From assembly GCF_037042905.1 (NCBI RefSeq), contig NC_087250.1, positions 6,076,001 through 6,140,000 on the forward strand: a stretch of DNA of 64,000 nt, in the 5' to 3' direction. The notes under the pieces are model-generated. The model saw only the letters and a list, made by a program, of their open reading frames with translations, did not search any database and was not told where the DNA came from. Made by a program: the position numbers and the translations under genes. This document shows, piece by piece, positions 39,201 through 48,439 of this stretch; within the stretch, counting starts at the first letter, position 1, and every line of letters begins with the position of its first letter. Source of the stretch: Lytechinus pictus (Eukaryota).

Positions 39201-40575
39201 AGCAATTTAGAACGCCGTTTATCCTCTGCTCTTTTGAAAGTGAAAACGTCCACGCAGTTCTTGATCTCGGCACTCCCCAAACAAAAGAAAATCATGGCGG
39301 ACGCTCAAACGAATTCCTTATAAAAAAAGCAGGAGACAAATAGCAAACGCCCTGAATAAAAGGAAGATTAGTGTATTTCGTCAAGATGACATACTGAATG
39401 TTTTTCATATTTAGCAATACAAAAAGCTCTTAGGAATACTGCTTTTCATATTACGACAGTAAAATTAAAAAAGTAAATGTTTACTCACAAAATATTGCCA
39501 AAACATGCAGGCGCTTAAGACATGGTAAGAACATTTTCTTCTTGAGCACGACAATGCTTTCTTCATTAACAAAAACCCAGAACGGTTAAAAAATGAATAA
39601 AATGAAAGAGCAAAATAACGCACTTTTAATTTAGATGCTACAATTTCAATAGATATATAGAATAAATATAGAAATAATTTACTTTCTCTCATTGTGACGA
39701 ACAGTAATCGGTAGCATGGTTATTTTTGGAGGGAAAAAGGAGATAGAAAAAATGAAACGTAGAACGAGACGAGGAGAGCGTTGGGGGTATGATTTCAGAT
39801 CCACTATTCGAGTCACATTTATCCCCTTCACTCTTTGAGATTGCAACAGGAAATCAGATCGAATACTGGTATGCAATCTTCAGGAACAAAATTATTTTTA
39901 TTACAAGCAATAATTCATGAATAGAAGAAACCAAAGGCGATTTTTAGTGAAACATTGAGGCCACCGTCTTGAAGCCCAGAAGTCTCAAATTAGTTTCGGA
40001 CTTTCGTTGCGCAGCATCATCATTGTACTTGCAAAGGAACATTTACCATTTTTTATTCATTCTGGAAAATAAAGGTATTTGGTATGCTGTGATTTCACAA
40101 AAAAAGGATTATCGTCGTAATTATACACTTTGCAAATGATCTCTCTACAAGGAGGTAAAGAGATCATTCATGAGTAGCGTGACAATATAATAGGCAATGA
40201 AAAAAGCACTAGAGCAGACAACAAAGCGGTATCGATCGAACCCGACCTGTCCGCGTGTGCTGATTGCCCTTACGCATTTTTGTACACAGTGCCTATTGAC
40301 TTGGGGAAAAGCGAAGATTTTACAAAATAACACGACTTTTTCCTCGTAAATTTCTCAACTATTCTGTTGATTTGAGAAGCAAAACCTTTATTTCTAGAAA
40401 GAAAAATGTCTGATCTTTCATCTTTGCATTTACTAAAAATCCTGAAAATACATCAGTTTGGCGCAATTAGCAATTGATTCGGAAAACACCGCCACAGATC
40501 CAAATACCAGCAATGTACCAAAACGGCTCCGCCGCAGGGAGAGGTATCGGGATTCGCGGGCCCGCACGCAAAGGG
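36251..40575. mobile_element. Non-autonomous piggyBac-type element (4325 bp)
   Basis: TTAA|CCCTTTGCGTGCG ... CGCACGCAAAGGG|TTAA; the mirror arm holds the empty site (gacaatgTTAAtatggac, 45105-45108); no transposase ORF visible. Confidence 0.92.
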
Positions 40576-40696
40576 TTAACATTGTCATAATATTCAAAAC
40601 CTAGTTTCCCATGTCCATATATTACAGTGAAACATATTTACAATGAAGATTAAGTGATGCCATTATACATATATACAACTCATATTCTATGGAAAA

Positions 40697-41140
40697 TTAA
40701 TCGATTTCATCTATAGGTAAGATCCCGTTTATGGTTCCTTTGTATAGAATTTTCGACGCTGTGTATCCTTTTTTGAACCAGCATGGATGTTTGTAGAATG
40801 AGAAGGAGGCTGCTGGAATCTTCGTGCTTGCAATGTGATTGAGATAGACATCGATGAATAATTTATTATTACAAAATCGTTGAAGAATTCGTCTCTTCCA
40901 CCCTTTAGACCAATCTTCTTTCAACTCGTGAGGCATGCCGTGCCTGTGTAAGAGTTCGAATTTCTCTTGGTCTGAAATAGTTTCGTAGTGATTGGAGATG
41001 AGACACCCTGGTATCGCTACGCAACGATTTTCTATCGACGCCATCCCTGGAACACAATCCTTCTCAAACCTGTCCAGCGTGTCTTTGTGATCTCCCCAAA
41101 TTAATTCCTTTGCAACTCCTTGATTTTCCATCGCTTCCAT
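40697..41140 (-). CDS. 147-aa hypothetical protein of the Polinton-like element (left-arm copy)
   Basis: ATG-initiated intronless ORF with upstream TATA-like and two CCAAT motifs; differs from the right copy by one residue (H/Q). Confidence 0.6.
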   Translation of the reverse strand: MEAMENQGVAKELIWGDHKDTLDRFEKDCVPGMASIENRCVAIPGCLISNHYETISDQEKFELLHRHGMPHELKEDWSKGWKRRILQRFCNNKLFIDVYLNHIASTKIPAASFSFYKHPCWFKKGYTASKILYKGTINGILPIDEID

Positions 41141-41998
41141 CGATTTTTCCTCTTAATTTTGGATCTTCCCCCATACTCTTCTCCCTCTATCATCTATATT
41201 ATAATAGATGAAAGAAAACGAACCATTCAAGATGTCATGGTCGAAAACAACCTTTGATTTTCTAACAAAGCGAGGAATGCATGAACTAATCTTTGTATCT
41301 TCACTCCAATCGGTTATTTTGGTAAACGGTAGAAAGCAAACTACTTAACGATGTCTTGGTCGAAAAAACTTTTGATTTTTCGAACAAAGCGAGGAATGTT
41401 AGAAACTAATCTTTGCATCTCCGCTCCAATCAGTTCTTTCATACTTCCATAGTTTTCATTTTGACCCACATACACGTCTCTCTTTATTGGCTTTCTGACT
41501 CACACAAATTGTATTACATAGATGGCACTAGCTTCAGGTCAACTCCATTCACGCACATGGTGATAACATAGAACACTGTACAATTATATGTTATTATTAT
41601 TCATTTTTATTCCATTTTAAGTCCAGACATATACACAAAGAAGATTTTGATACAAAGGTAAAAGTAATCGAAGTACGTATTGTGTAGACAAAATAATTGT
41701 TAACTGTTATATCTTCGCTGTAACACAATCCATGTATAGGCCTATGGCTGGTATGAATATTGACGATAGAAATAATAGAGTTCAATCTGTCATTTTTGTT
41801 GACGGCGTTTTCAAGTTCTTTGATTATTTTTGTTGACAAGGTGGTGTTGTGCCTTTAGTTGTAGACTCCATCCTCACTCTCTGTTTCTTCATCATCGTCG
41901 TCATCGTCACCTCCATCTTGGAACTGGAATAAACCATCAAATTGTGGACCATGCCTGGCTAAGACTCTTTGTACGGCTTTCTGGAATTCCATGCCATT

Positions 41999-42532
41999 TT
42001 ATAGTCTTTCCTTGAGATCAGAAACGATCTCGTGATTGACGTCAGCTTCTCCTAGGCTAATGTTTTGCTGCAAGAACTTGGAGTAAAGATCGAAAAAGAT
42101 GCGTTTGACGGCCCACAGTAATTTCACGTGCGCTTTTTCTTTAGCGTCTTCTTCTTCCATTCCCTCTGAAATATATTTCTGATATTTTTCGTCTCTCAGG
42201 TCCTTGGTGGCTGTCATGGCCTGCTCCAACCATACTTGGTAAGCAAGGTTGTCTTCAATTTCATCCATGTTATCTGTCTCTGACATTGACGATTCATCCT
42301 CTCCATCGTTTTCTGAATCACTAGATTCTTCAACTCCCTCCGTTTGAGAGGGTGGTTCGGAGTAATCATCCTCACTTGTACCTACTTCAGCGTCGGAAGA
42401 TTCAATTTTGCCTTCATCTTCTGTATCAGGGTGAGCTTTTTGTTCATGCCTCTGCATATCAAACTTCCGACTATAGGTCCTATTGCATTGGGAACATGCG
42501 TAACGCCGGTTGGACATATCAAGAGCGTTCAT
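41999..42532 (-). CDS. C2H2 zinc-finger, acidic protein (left-arm copy); frame continues past TAA to 41855
   Basis: YACSQCNRTYSRKFDMQRHEQKAH is a canonical C2H2 finger, followed by a D/E/S-rich tract and a helical region. Confidence 0.75.
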   Translation of the reverse strand: MNALDMSNRRYACSQCNRTYSRKFDMQRHEQKAHPDTEDEGKIESSDAEVGTSEDDYSEPPSQTEGVEESSDSENDGEDESSMSETDNMDEIEDNLAYQVWLEQAMTATKDLRDEKYQKYISEGMEEEDAKEKAHVKLLWAVKRIFFDLYSKFLQQNISLGEADVNHEIVSDLKERL

Positions 42533-42609
42533 GTTGACTCGATGCTGTTTAGGTCAGAATTGAAGCAAAGTGTTATCAATCGTATCTTTATACATGATGT
42601 CAACATCCA

Positions 42610-43075
42610 TAAACGAATCCGTAGATCCGTAATGGAATCCGTATATCCGCTAAACGAATCCGTAATTCCGTTCAACGATTCCGTATAAATCCGCTAAACG
42701 AATCCGTAGATCCGTAAACGAATCCGTAAATTCACTAAACGAATCCCAAGATCCGTAAAAGGATTCGAACTTCTTTGAATCATATTGATAGAATTGACAA
42801 AGTTTAATCTGTTTTAAATCAAGGAACAACCAATGACTTTGATATTGGAGTACATATTTTATTACTACCAATGGTTTAAAGAGTTATACAGACCTCATGG
42901 AGGAATTTATGACAATACTGATGATTCGCAATATTTGGGATTCGTTTAGTGGATTTACGGATTCGTTTACGGATCTACGGATTCGTTTAGCGGATTTATA
43001 CGGAATCGTTGAACGGAATTACGGATTCGTTTAACGGATCTACGGATTCCATTACGGATCTACGGATTCGTTTAT
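42610..43075. repeat. Central (G)AATCCGT/GATCCGT short-repeat blocks in inverted orientation around the unique spacer 42750-42934
   Basis: More than 12 copies of atccg/ttccg-type units per side. Confidence 0.85.
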
Positions 43076-43151
43076 GGATGTTGACATCATGTATAAAGAT
43101 ACGATTGATAACACTTTGCTTCAATTCTGACCTAAACAGCATCGAGTCAAC

Positions 43152-43685
43152 ATGAACGCTCTTGATATGTCCAACCGGCGTTACGCATGTTCCCAATGCA
43201 ATAGGACCTATAGTCGGAAGTTTGATATGCAGAGGCATGAACAAAAAGCTCACCCTGATACAGAAGATGAAGGCAAAATTGAATCTTCCGACGCTGAAGT
43301 AGGTACAAGTGAGGATGATTACTCCGAACCACCCTCTCAAACGGAGGGAGTTGAAGAATCTAGTGATTCAGAAAACGATGGAGAGGATGAATCGTCAATG
43401 TCAGAGACAGATAACATGGATGAAATTGAAGACAACCTTGCTTACCAAGTATGGTTGGAGCAGGCCATGACAGCCACCAAGGACCTGAGAGACGAAAAAT
43501 ATCAGAAATATATTTCAGAGGGAATGGAAGAAGAAGACGCTAAAGAAAAAGCGCACGTGAAATTACTGTGGGCCGTCAAACGCATCTTTTTCGATCTTTA
43601 CTCCAAGTTCTTGCAGCAAAACATTAGCCTAGGAGAAGCTGACGTCAATCACGAGATCGTTTCTGATCTCAAGGAAAGACTATAA
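43152..43685 (+). CDS. C2H2 zinc-finger, acidic protein (right-arm copy); frame continues past TAA to 43829 (225 codons)
   Basis: Same translation as the left copy; TATAAA at about 43092; AATAAA at about 44073. Confidence 0.75.
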   Translation: MNALDMSNRRYACSQCNRTYSRKFDMQRHEQKAHPDTEDEGKIESSDAEVGTSEDDYSEPPSQTEGVEESSDSENDGEDESSMSETDNMDEIEDNLAYQVWLEQAMTATKDLRDEKYQKYISEGMEEEDAKEKAHVKLLWAVKRIFFDLYSKFLQQNISLGEADVNHEIVSDLKERL

Positions 43686-44249
43686 AATGGCATGGAATTC
43701 CAGAAAGCCGTACAAAGAGTCTTAGCCAGGCATGGTCCACAATTTGATGGTTTATTCCAGTTCCAAGATGGAGGTGACGATGACGACGATGATGAAGAAA
43801 CAGAGAGTGAGGATGGAGTCTACAACTAAAGGCACAACACCACCTTGTCAACAAAAATAATCAAAGAACTTGAAAACGCCGTCAACAAAAATGACAGATT
43901 GAACTCTATTATTTCTATCGTCAATATTCATACCAGCCATAGGCCTATACATGGATTGTGTTACAGCGAAGATATAACAGTTAACAATTATTTTGTCTAC
44001 ACAATACGTACTTCGATTACTTTTACCTTTGTATCAAAATCTTCTTTGTGTATATGTCTGGACTTAAAATGGAATAAAAATGAATAATAATAACATATAA
44101 TTGTACAGTGTTCTATGTTATCACCATGTGCGTGAATGGAGTTGACCTGAAGCTAGTGCCATCTATGTAATACAATTTGTGTGAGTCAGAAAGCCAATAA
44201 AGAGAGACGTGTATGTGGGTCAAAATGAAAACTATGGAAGTATGAAAGA

Positions 44250-44460
44250 ACTGATTGGAGCGGAGATGCAAAGATTAGTTTCTAACATTCCTCGCTTTGT
44301 TCGAAAAATCAAAAGTTTTTTCGACCAAGACATCGTTAAGTAGTTTGCTTTCTACCGTTTACCAAAATAACCGATTGGAGTGAAGATACAAAGATTAGTT
44401 CATGCATTCCTCGCTTTGTTAGAAAATCAAAGGTTGTTTTCGACCATGACATCTTGAATG
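44250..44460 (+). promoter_or_regulatory. Duplicated 120-bp unit with ATTGG (CCAAT) boxes upstream of the 147-aa ORF (mirror at 41224-41434)
   Basis: gattggag..agat.caaagattagtt...cattcctcgctttgtt...ttttcgacca.gacatc at 44253 and 44373; tattataata at about 44478. Confidence 0.5.
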
Positions 44461-44543
44461 GTTCGTTTTCTTTCATCTATTATAATATAGATGATAGAGG
44501 GAGAAGAGTATGGGGGAAGATCCAAAATTAAGAGGAAAAATCG

Positions 44544-44987
44544 ATGGAAGCGATGGAAAATCAAGGAGTTGCAAAGGAATTAATTTGGGGAGATCACAAA
44601 GACACGCTGGACAGGTTTGAGAAGGATTGTGTTCCAGGGATGGCGTCGATAGAAAATCGTTGCGTAGCGATACCAGGGTGTCTCATCTCCAATCACTACG
44701 AAACTATTTCAGACCAAGAGAAATTCGAACTCTTACACAGGCACGGCATGCCTCACGAGTTGAAAGAAGATTGGTCTAAAGGGTGGAAGAGACGAATTCT
44801 TCAACGATTTTGTAATAATAAATTATTCATCGATGTCTATCTCAATCACATTGCAAGCACGAAGATTCCAGCAGCCTCCTTCTCATTCTACAAACAGCCA
44901 TGCTGGTTCAAAAAAGGATACACAGCGTCGAAAATTCTATACAAAGGAACCATAAACGGGATCTTACCTATAGATGAAATCGATTAA
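44544..44987 (+). CDS. 147-aa hypothetical protein of the Polinton-like element (right-arm copy)
   Basis: Intronless ORF MEAMENQG...ILPIDEID*. Confidence 0.6.
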   Translation: MEAMENQGVAKELIWGDHKDTLDRFEKDCVPGMASIENRCVAIPGCLISNHYETISDQEKFELLHRHGMPHELKEDWSKGWKRRILQRFCNNKLFIDVYLNHIASTKIPAASFSFYKQPCWFKKGYTASKILYKGTINGILPIDEID

Positions 44988-45334
44988 TTTTCCATAGAAT
45001 ATGAGTTGTATATATGTATAATTGCATCACTTAATCTTCATTGTAAATATGTTTCACTGTAATATATGGACATGGGAAACTAGGTTTTGAATATTATGAC
45101 AATGTTAATATGGACAATATTTTGGACGATCGACGCTCGAATGGAAATATTAAAAGGGTAAGTCAAACTTTGACACTCCTGCCCTTTTTTCCCAGTGCTA
45201 TTATATTACCCAAAATCTACTCTAACAATAACACTCTTTTAATCCTTCCATTCAACTTTATGGTTGTTCATTCGTTGCCAAGGAGACTACGCGTCCCTTC
45301 TAACAGATACATAACATTACTACGTCACTGCGAT

Positions 45335-45689
45335 TATTGTTATTTAAATGATCCCCTATTCAATGGCCATCCGATCTTTCCGCACTCGGTATTGTTATGC
45401 TAATCAACCCCTATTCAATGGCCATCCGATCTTTCCGCACTCGCTATTGTTATGCTAATCAACCCCTATTCAATGGCCATCCGATCTTTCCGCACTCGCT
45501 ATTGTTATGCTAATGATCCCTATTCAATGGCCATCCTTCCAGACTACTCTTCCATTGTTATGCTAATCAACGCCCTATTCAATGGCCATCTTTCCCGACT
45601 ATTCATCCATTGTTATGCTAATTATCCCTATTCAACTCTTCCATTGTTATGCTAATTTCCCCTATTCAACCCTTCATTGTTATGCTAAT
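45335..45689 (+). promoter_or_regulatory. Subterminal minisatellite with 7 Sox-Oct composite-like motifs, right end
   Basis: (C/T)ATTGTTATGCTAAT seven times, interleaved with CCCTATTCAA(TGG). Confidence 0.65.
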
Positions 45690-46373
45690 GTATTACGTCA
45701 TATTCTTTTGTGCGCGCGTCACGCTTGAGTGAACCTTTAGAATGGCCATATCGCCGTCATTATTCTCTGGCAATATCTGTTATATTATATAGTCTATTTT
45801 GATTCGCCATCATAAATTGCATTCATCATCTGGCTCAAACCCGAAATTCTTGCTACAGCTCTGATCCATCTACGTCATAATATATGTTTTTTTAATACAT
45901 CAAGCGCGTTCTTCATGCAATCGACGCGTTAACATTAGCGCGTACATTAAATAAACTACCTTGTTACGCAACTTGTATGCAGCGAGTGACGTCACCTTAG
46001 TGAATATAACGCCGCAATTGAAAATACAACGCAGTATAGGCCCTGAGGTGACGTCAAAACCTAGAATATAACAAATGCGATCCTCGCAGCTATGGTCACG
46101 TGATGGCGTATTGACCTATCACTGATTCGAATCTACATAACCTATGTAATATATTAGAATATTAGAATATAATATAGAATAGGCTTAGGAACATAATTAG
46201 GTAATCAAATAATTGAATGTGAAGTTCCTGGTTTCCCCAATGCTTAAAAAACGACACGATCAAAGCCGACTCAAGACCGAACAAAGGAATGAATGATTAC
46301 ATAAATGACATATTTTGTCATTGTGCAAGAAATTATAATTATGTTACCACCCATACATGCTTTAAAATCGATT

Positions 46374-46653
46374 CTGGGCCCCGTCTAACAAAGAGCTACG
46401 ATTGACCCGATCAATCGCAACTATGGACGGCCAGCAACGTTAACATCTATATATGCATGTTTGTTCAAAATATTTTTTAGCTATGATGTATATTCATGCA
46501 TTCATTGTTTTCTTGAAAAATTACCGCGCTTCTCTTTGCATATAAAGGTCACTGTGCATCATGATTCGTAGAAGAAAATTATGACACTGATGGATTTCCA
46601 TAGAGTTACAATTGATCGGATCAATCGTAAATCTTTGTAAGATGGGGCCCTGG
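46374..46653. mobile_element. MITE with GGGCCCC TIRs (PIF/Harbinger-like)
   Basis: gggccccgtctaacaaagagctacgattgacccgatcaat ... attgatcggatcaatcgtaaatctttgtaagatggggccc. Confidence 0.8.
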
Positions 46654-46789
46654 TGTAGTATTGCTTCTGATTGTGTTATTCACTAGAAGAGAAATACTTT
46701 ATCATTATTACTTTTTTTAATTTAAGGTAATATGATGCTACCATACATGATATTACGTCCAGATTTATATAAAGATGGACTTCCGTGTG

Positions 46790-47188
46790 TCAACTTAATA
46801 ATAATAATGATGATAATAATAATGATAATAATAATCATAATAGTAAAAATAATAGTAATATATAGTTTTTATATATTGTTTTTCCCATATACGGATCAAA
46901 GCGCTTCCCGGCATATTACCCTGGTCATTAGTTTTAATTCGATCCCGCACGACAGTGCACAATTTTCACTCCCTGGGGAAGAGCATTCCCTGCATTCACC
47001 GCAGGGTCATAATTGCGAGGCTGGCAAATTCAAACATACAATAACCTTTGCACCCTACCGGGTACCTAGTGGTGAGTGGCAAAATGCAGAGCAACGCCTT
47101 GCCAAAGGACGCTAGCGCCGGGTGAGATTCGAAAACACGACCTTCTGATTGAATGGGGAGAGTCAGAACCGCTAAGCCACAACACCTC
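46790..47188 (-). mobile_element. tRNA-derived SINE
   Basis: Minus strand begins ggtgttgtggcttagcggtt (A box) ... ttcgaatc (B box), then body and (ATT)n-rich tail. Confidence 0.75.
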
Positions 47189-47431
47189 TACTAAGAACTA
47201 AAATATGTATTCAAGACAATACCTATACTTGTCCCTTCCAGTTCAAAATTTTAGCCGAACAAAATGTACCCCATAAAAGTTGTTCATTACAAATAAAAGT
47301 CCAAAATAAACCCATATAGTTGTTAAAATTCCCAATATCATAATTAACCGAAATGTACCAGATGCACGTTGTTTATTATATATACATACATACATGACAT
47401 TTACATACTTACATTCAGTGTCATGAAGAAC

Positions 47432-47815
47432 AATTATTGTTATTATTATTATTGTTTGGCGTCACTTGTGCCTGGTAGGCGAAAAGTGAACTGAATCACT
47501 GTGACCCGCAGGTCAAACCTGTCAATAACTGATTAGGGAAGTGCGGGTGGACACCTACACCAGGGTTTCCCCCTACTCTTATACGAATAGTGCAGTGGGT
47601 TCTTAAAGTACAAAGGTGGTAGCTTTCCTTTACATGGGGTCTCCATTTAACGTCCTATCCGAGGGACGAAGTGTTTTCCGCTGTAGCATAGCCTTTACAT
47701 CTCTGGAACAGGGGAGAGACATTTCCACATAACGCACTGGCTTCAGTCATCCACCTGGGGTAGACTCGATCCCACGATCTTTGGTTCGACAGGCAGACGT
47801 TTTACCGACTGAGCA
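47432..47815 (-). mobile_element. tRNA-derived SINE with Deu/Nin-like central domain
   Basis: Minus strand gctcagtcggtaa (A box), ggatcgagtc (B box); core tcggataggacgttaaatggagaccc...gaacccactgcactattcg..aagagtagggg resembles the DeuSINE core; (AAT)n tail. Confidence 0.75.
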
Positions 47816-48377
47816 AAGAACAATAGATTCTCTATGTTCCAGGAAGCGTTCTGCGAATGGCCCTGGGAAGTGGGGTACTGAAGTACCTCCAGGTTTTACG
47901 GGGGGGGGGGGGGGCTGTTGCGTGTTTTATTATCCATATAGGAGTCAACCACTGGAAATTTGGTAGGTATGATCAGTAGCAGAAATGTAACGAAAATTAC
48001 CATACATTTTGTATATAAACGCTTTTTTTTCTACTGGTCAAATTTCTCATGACCAAAATGACCTTCATTTTGTAGTGAGTTTTCTTTGTAAATGTCTTGT
48101 GAACAAAATACCCTTCATTTTGTATTGACAATCTTTTATATTTTTTTTTTGCTTGTCAAATTTAACCCATCTCCCCTGTTGAAAAAAAAAAATCCCAGGA
48201 CCCTGGTTTTGCGTTGCAACAACTTCCTAATGCGAGCACGGAGGCGAGCGTAATTTCCCTTTTTTATGTCAAAGTGACCTGAACGTTTGTGATTTGCTAG
48301 TTCTCATCCTCCCCTTTATTTGTAAAGAAATTCTTCCCATTTCAATCCTCCTTTTTCTTATTTTTCTTTATAGTAGA

Positions 48378-48439
48378 TACCAACGAAAATAGAGGGCAGC
48401 AACACACGACAGTGTTGCTGCCCTCTACGTCCGTTGGTA
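48378..48439. repeat. 62-bp palindromic mini-element; second copy at about 33809-33858
   Basis: taccaacg..tagagggcagcaacac-acgaca-gtgttgctgccctcta..cgttggta. Confidence 0.75.

Larger units (their letters stand above)
35587..45768. mobile_element. Palindromic non-autonomous Polinton/Maverick-like element (2.84-kb inverted arms, 185-bp spacer, 6-bp TSD)
   Basis: Termini AGAGAATAATGACG...CGTCATTATTCTCT; perfect TSD GGCAAT (35581-35586, 45769-45774); left arm 35587-36250 plus 40580-42749 mirrors right arm 42935-45768. AG...CT ends, long TIRs and 6-bp TSDs are Polinton hallmarks. Confidence 0.85.
35396..45790. mobile_element. Crypton-like non-autonomous hairpin element (~200 bp; 35396-35586 plus 45775-45790) split by the Polinton-like insertion
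   Basis: Removing 35587-45774 restores a long imperfect hairpin: acagatattgcc...ataacattt...atatttttccc...aatattttgcccgaagcgc-gca-gcgctgagggaaaatatt...gggaaaaatat...aaatgttat...ggcaatatctgt, with atattata on both flanks. The Crypton label is from remembered resemblance of the CCGAAG-stem-CTGAGG centre. Confidence 0.6.

Noticed and set aside
37095-40333. Short ORFs inside the piggyBac-type element as transposase
   Set aside because: Low-complexity F/K/L-rich translations with no DDD catalytic or Cys-rich C-terminal motifs.
42344-43340. 114-aa and 61-aa ORFs antisense to the zinc-finger gene
   Set aside because: Shadow frames with non-ATG starts, duplicated only because of the palindrome.
43845-44087. 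80-aa ORF (and mirror 41597-41839)
   Set aside because: TTG start, AT-rich and contains AATAAA; more likely 3' UTR of the zinc-finger gene.
40576-45108. Palindrome as a long-read fold-back assembly artefact
   Set aside because: The arms differ by SNPs, have a unique spacer, only one carries the piggyBac, the symmetry stops exactly at a 6-bp TSD, and the flanks are unique.
47110-47815. Two tRNA-like sequences on the minus strand
   Set aside because: Degenerate stems followed by SINE bodies and simple-repeat tails; they are SINE heads and not tRNA genes.
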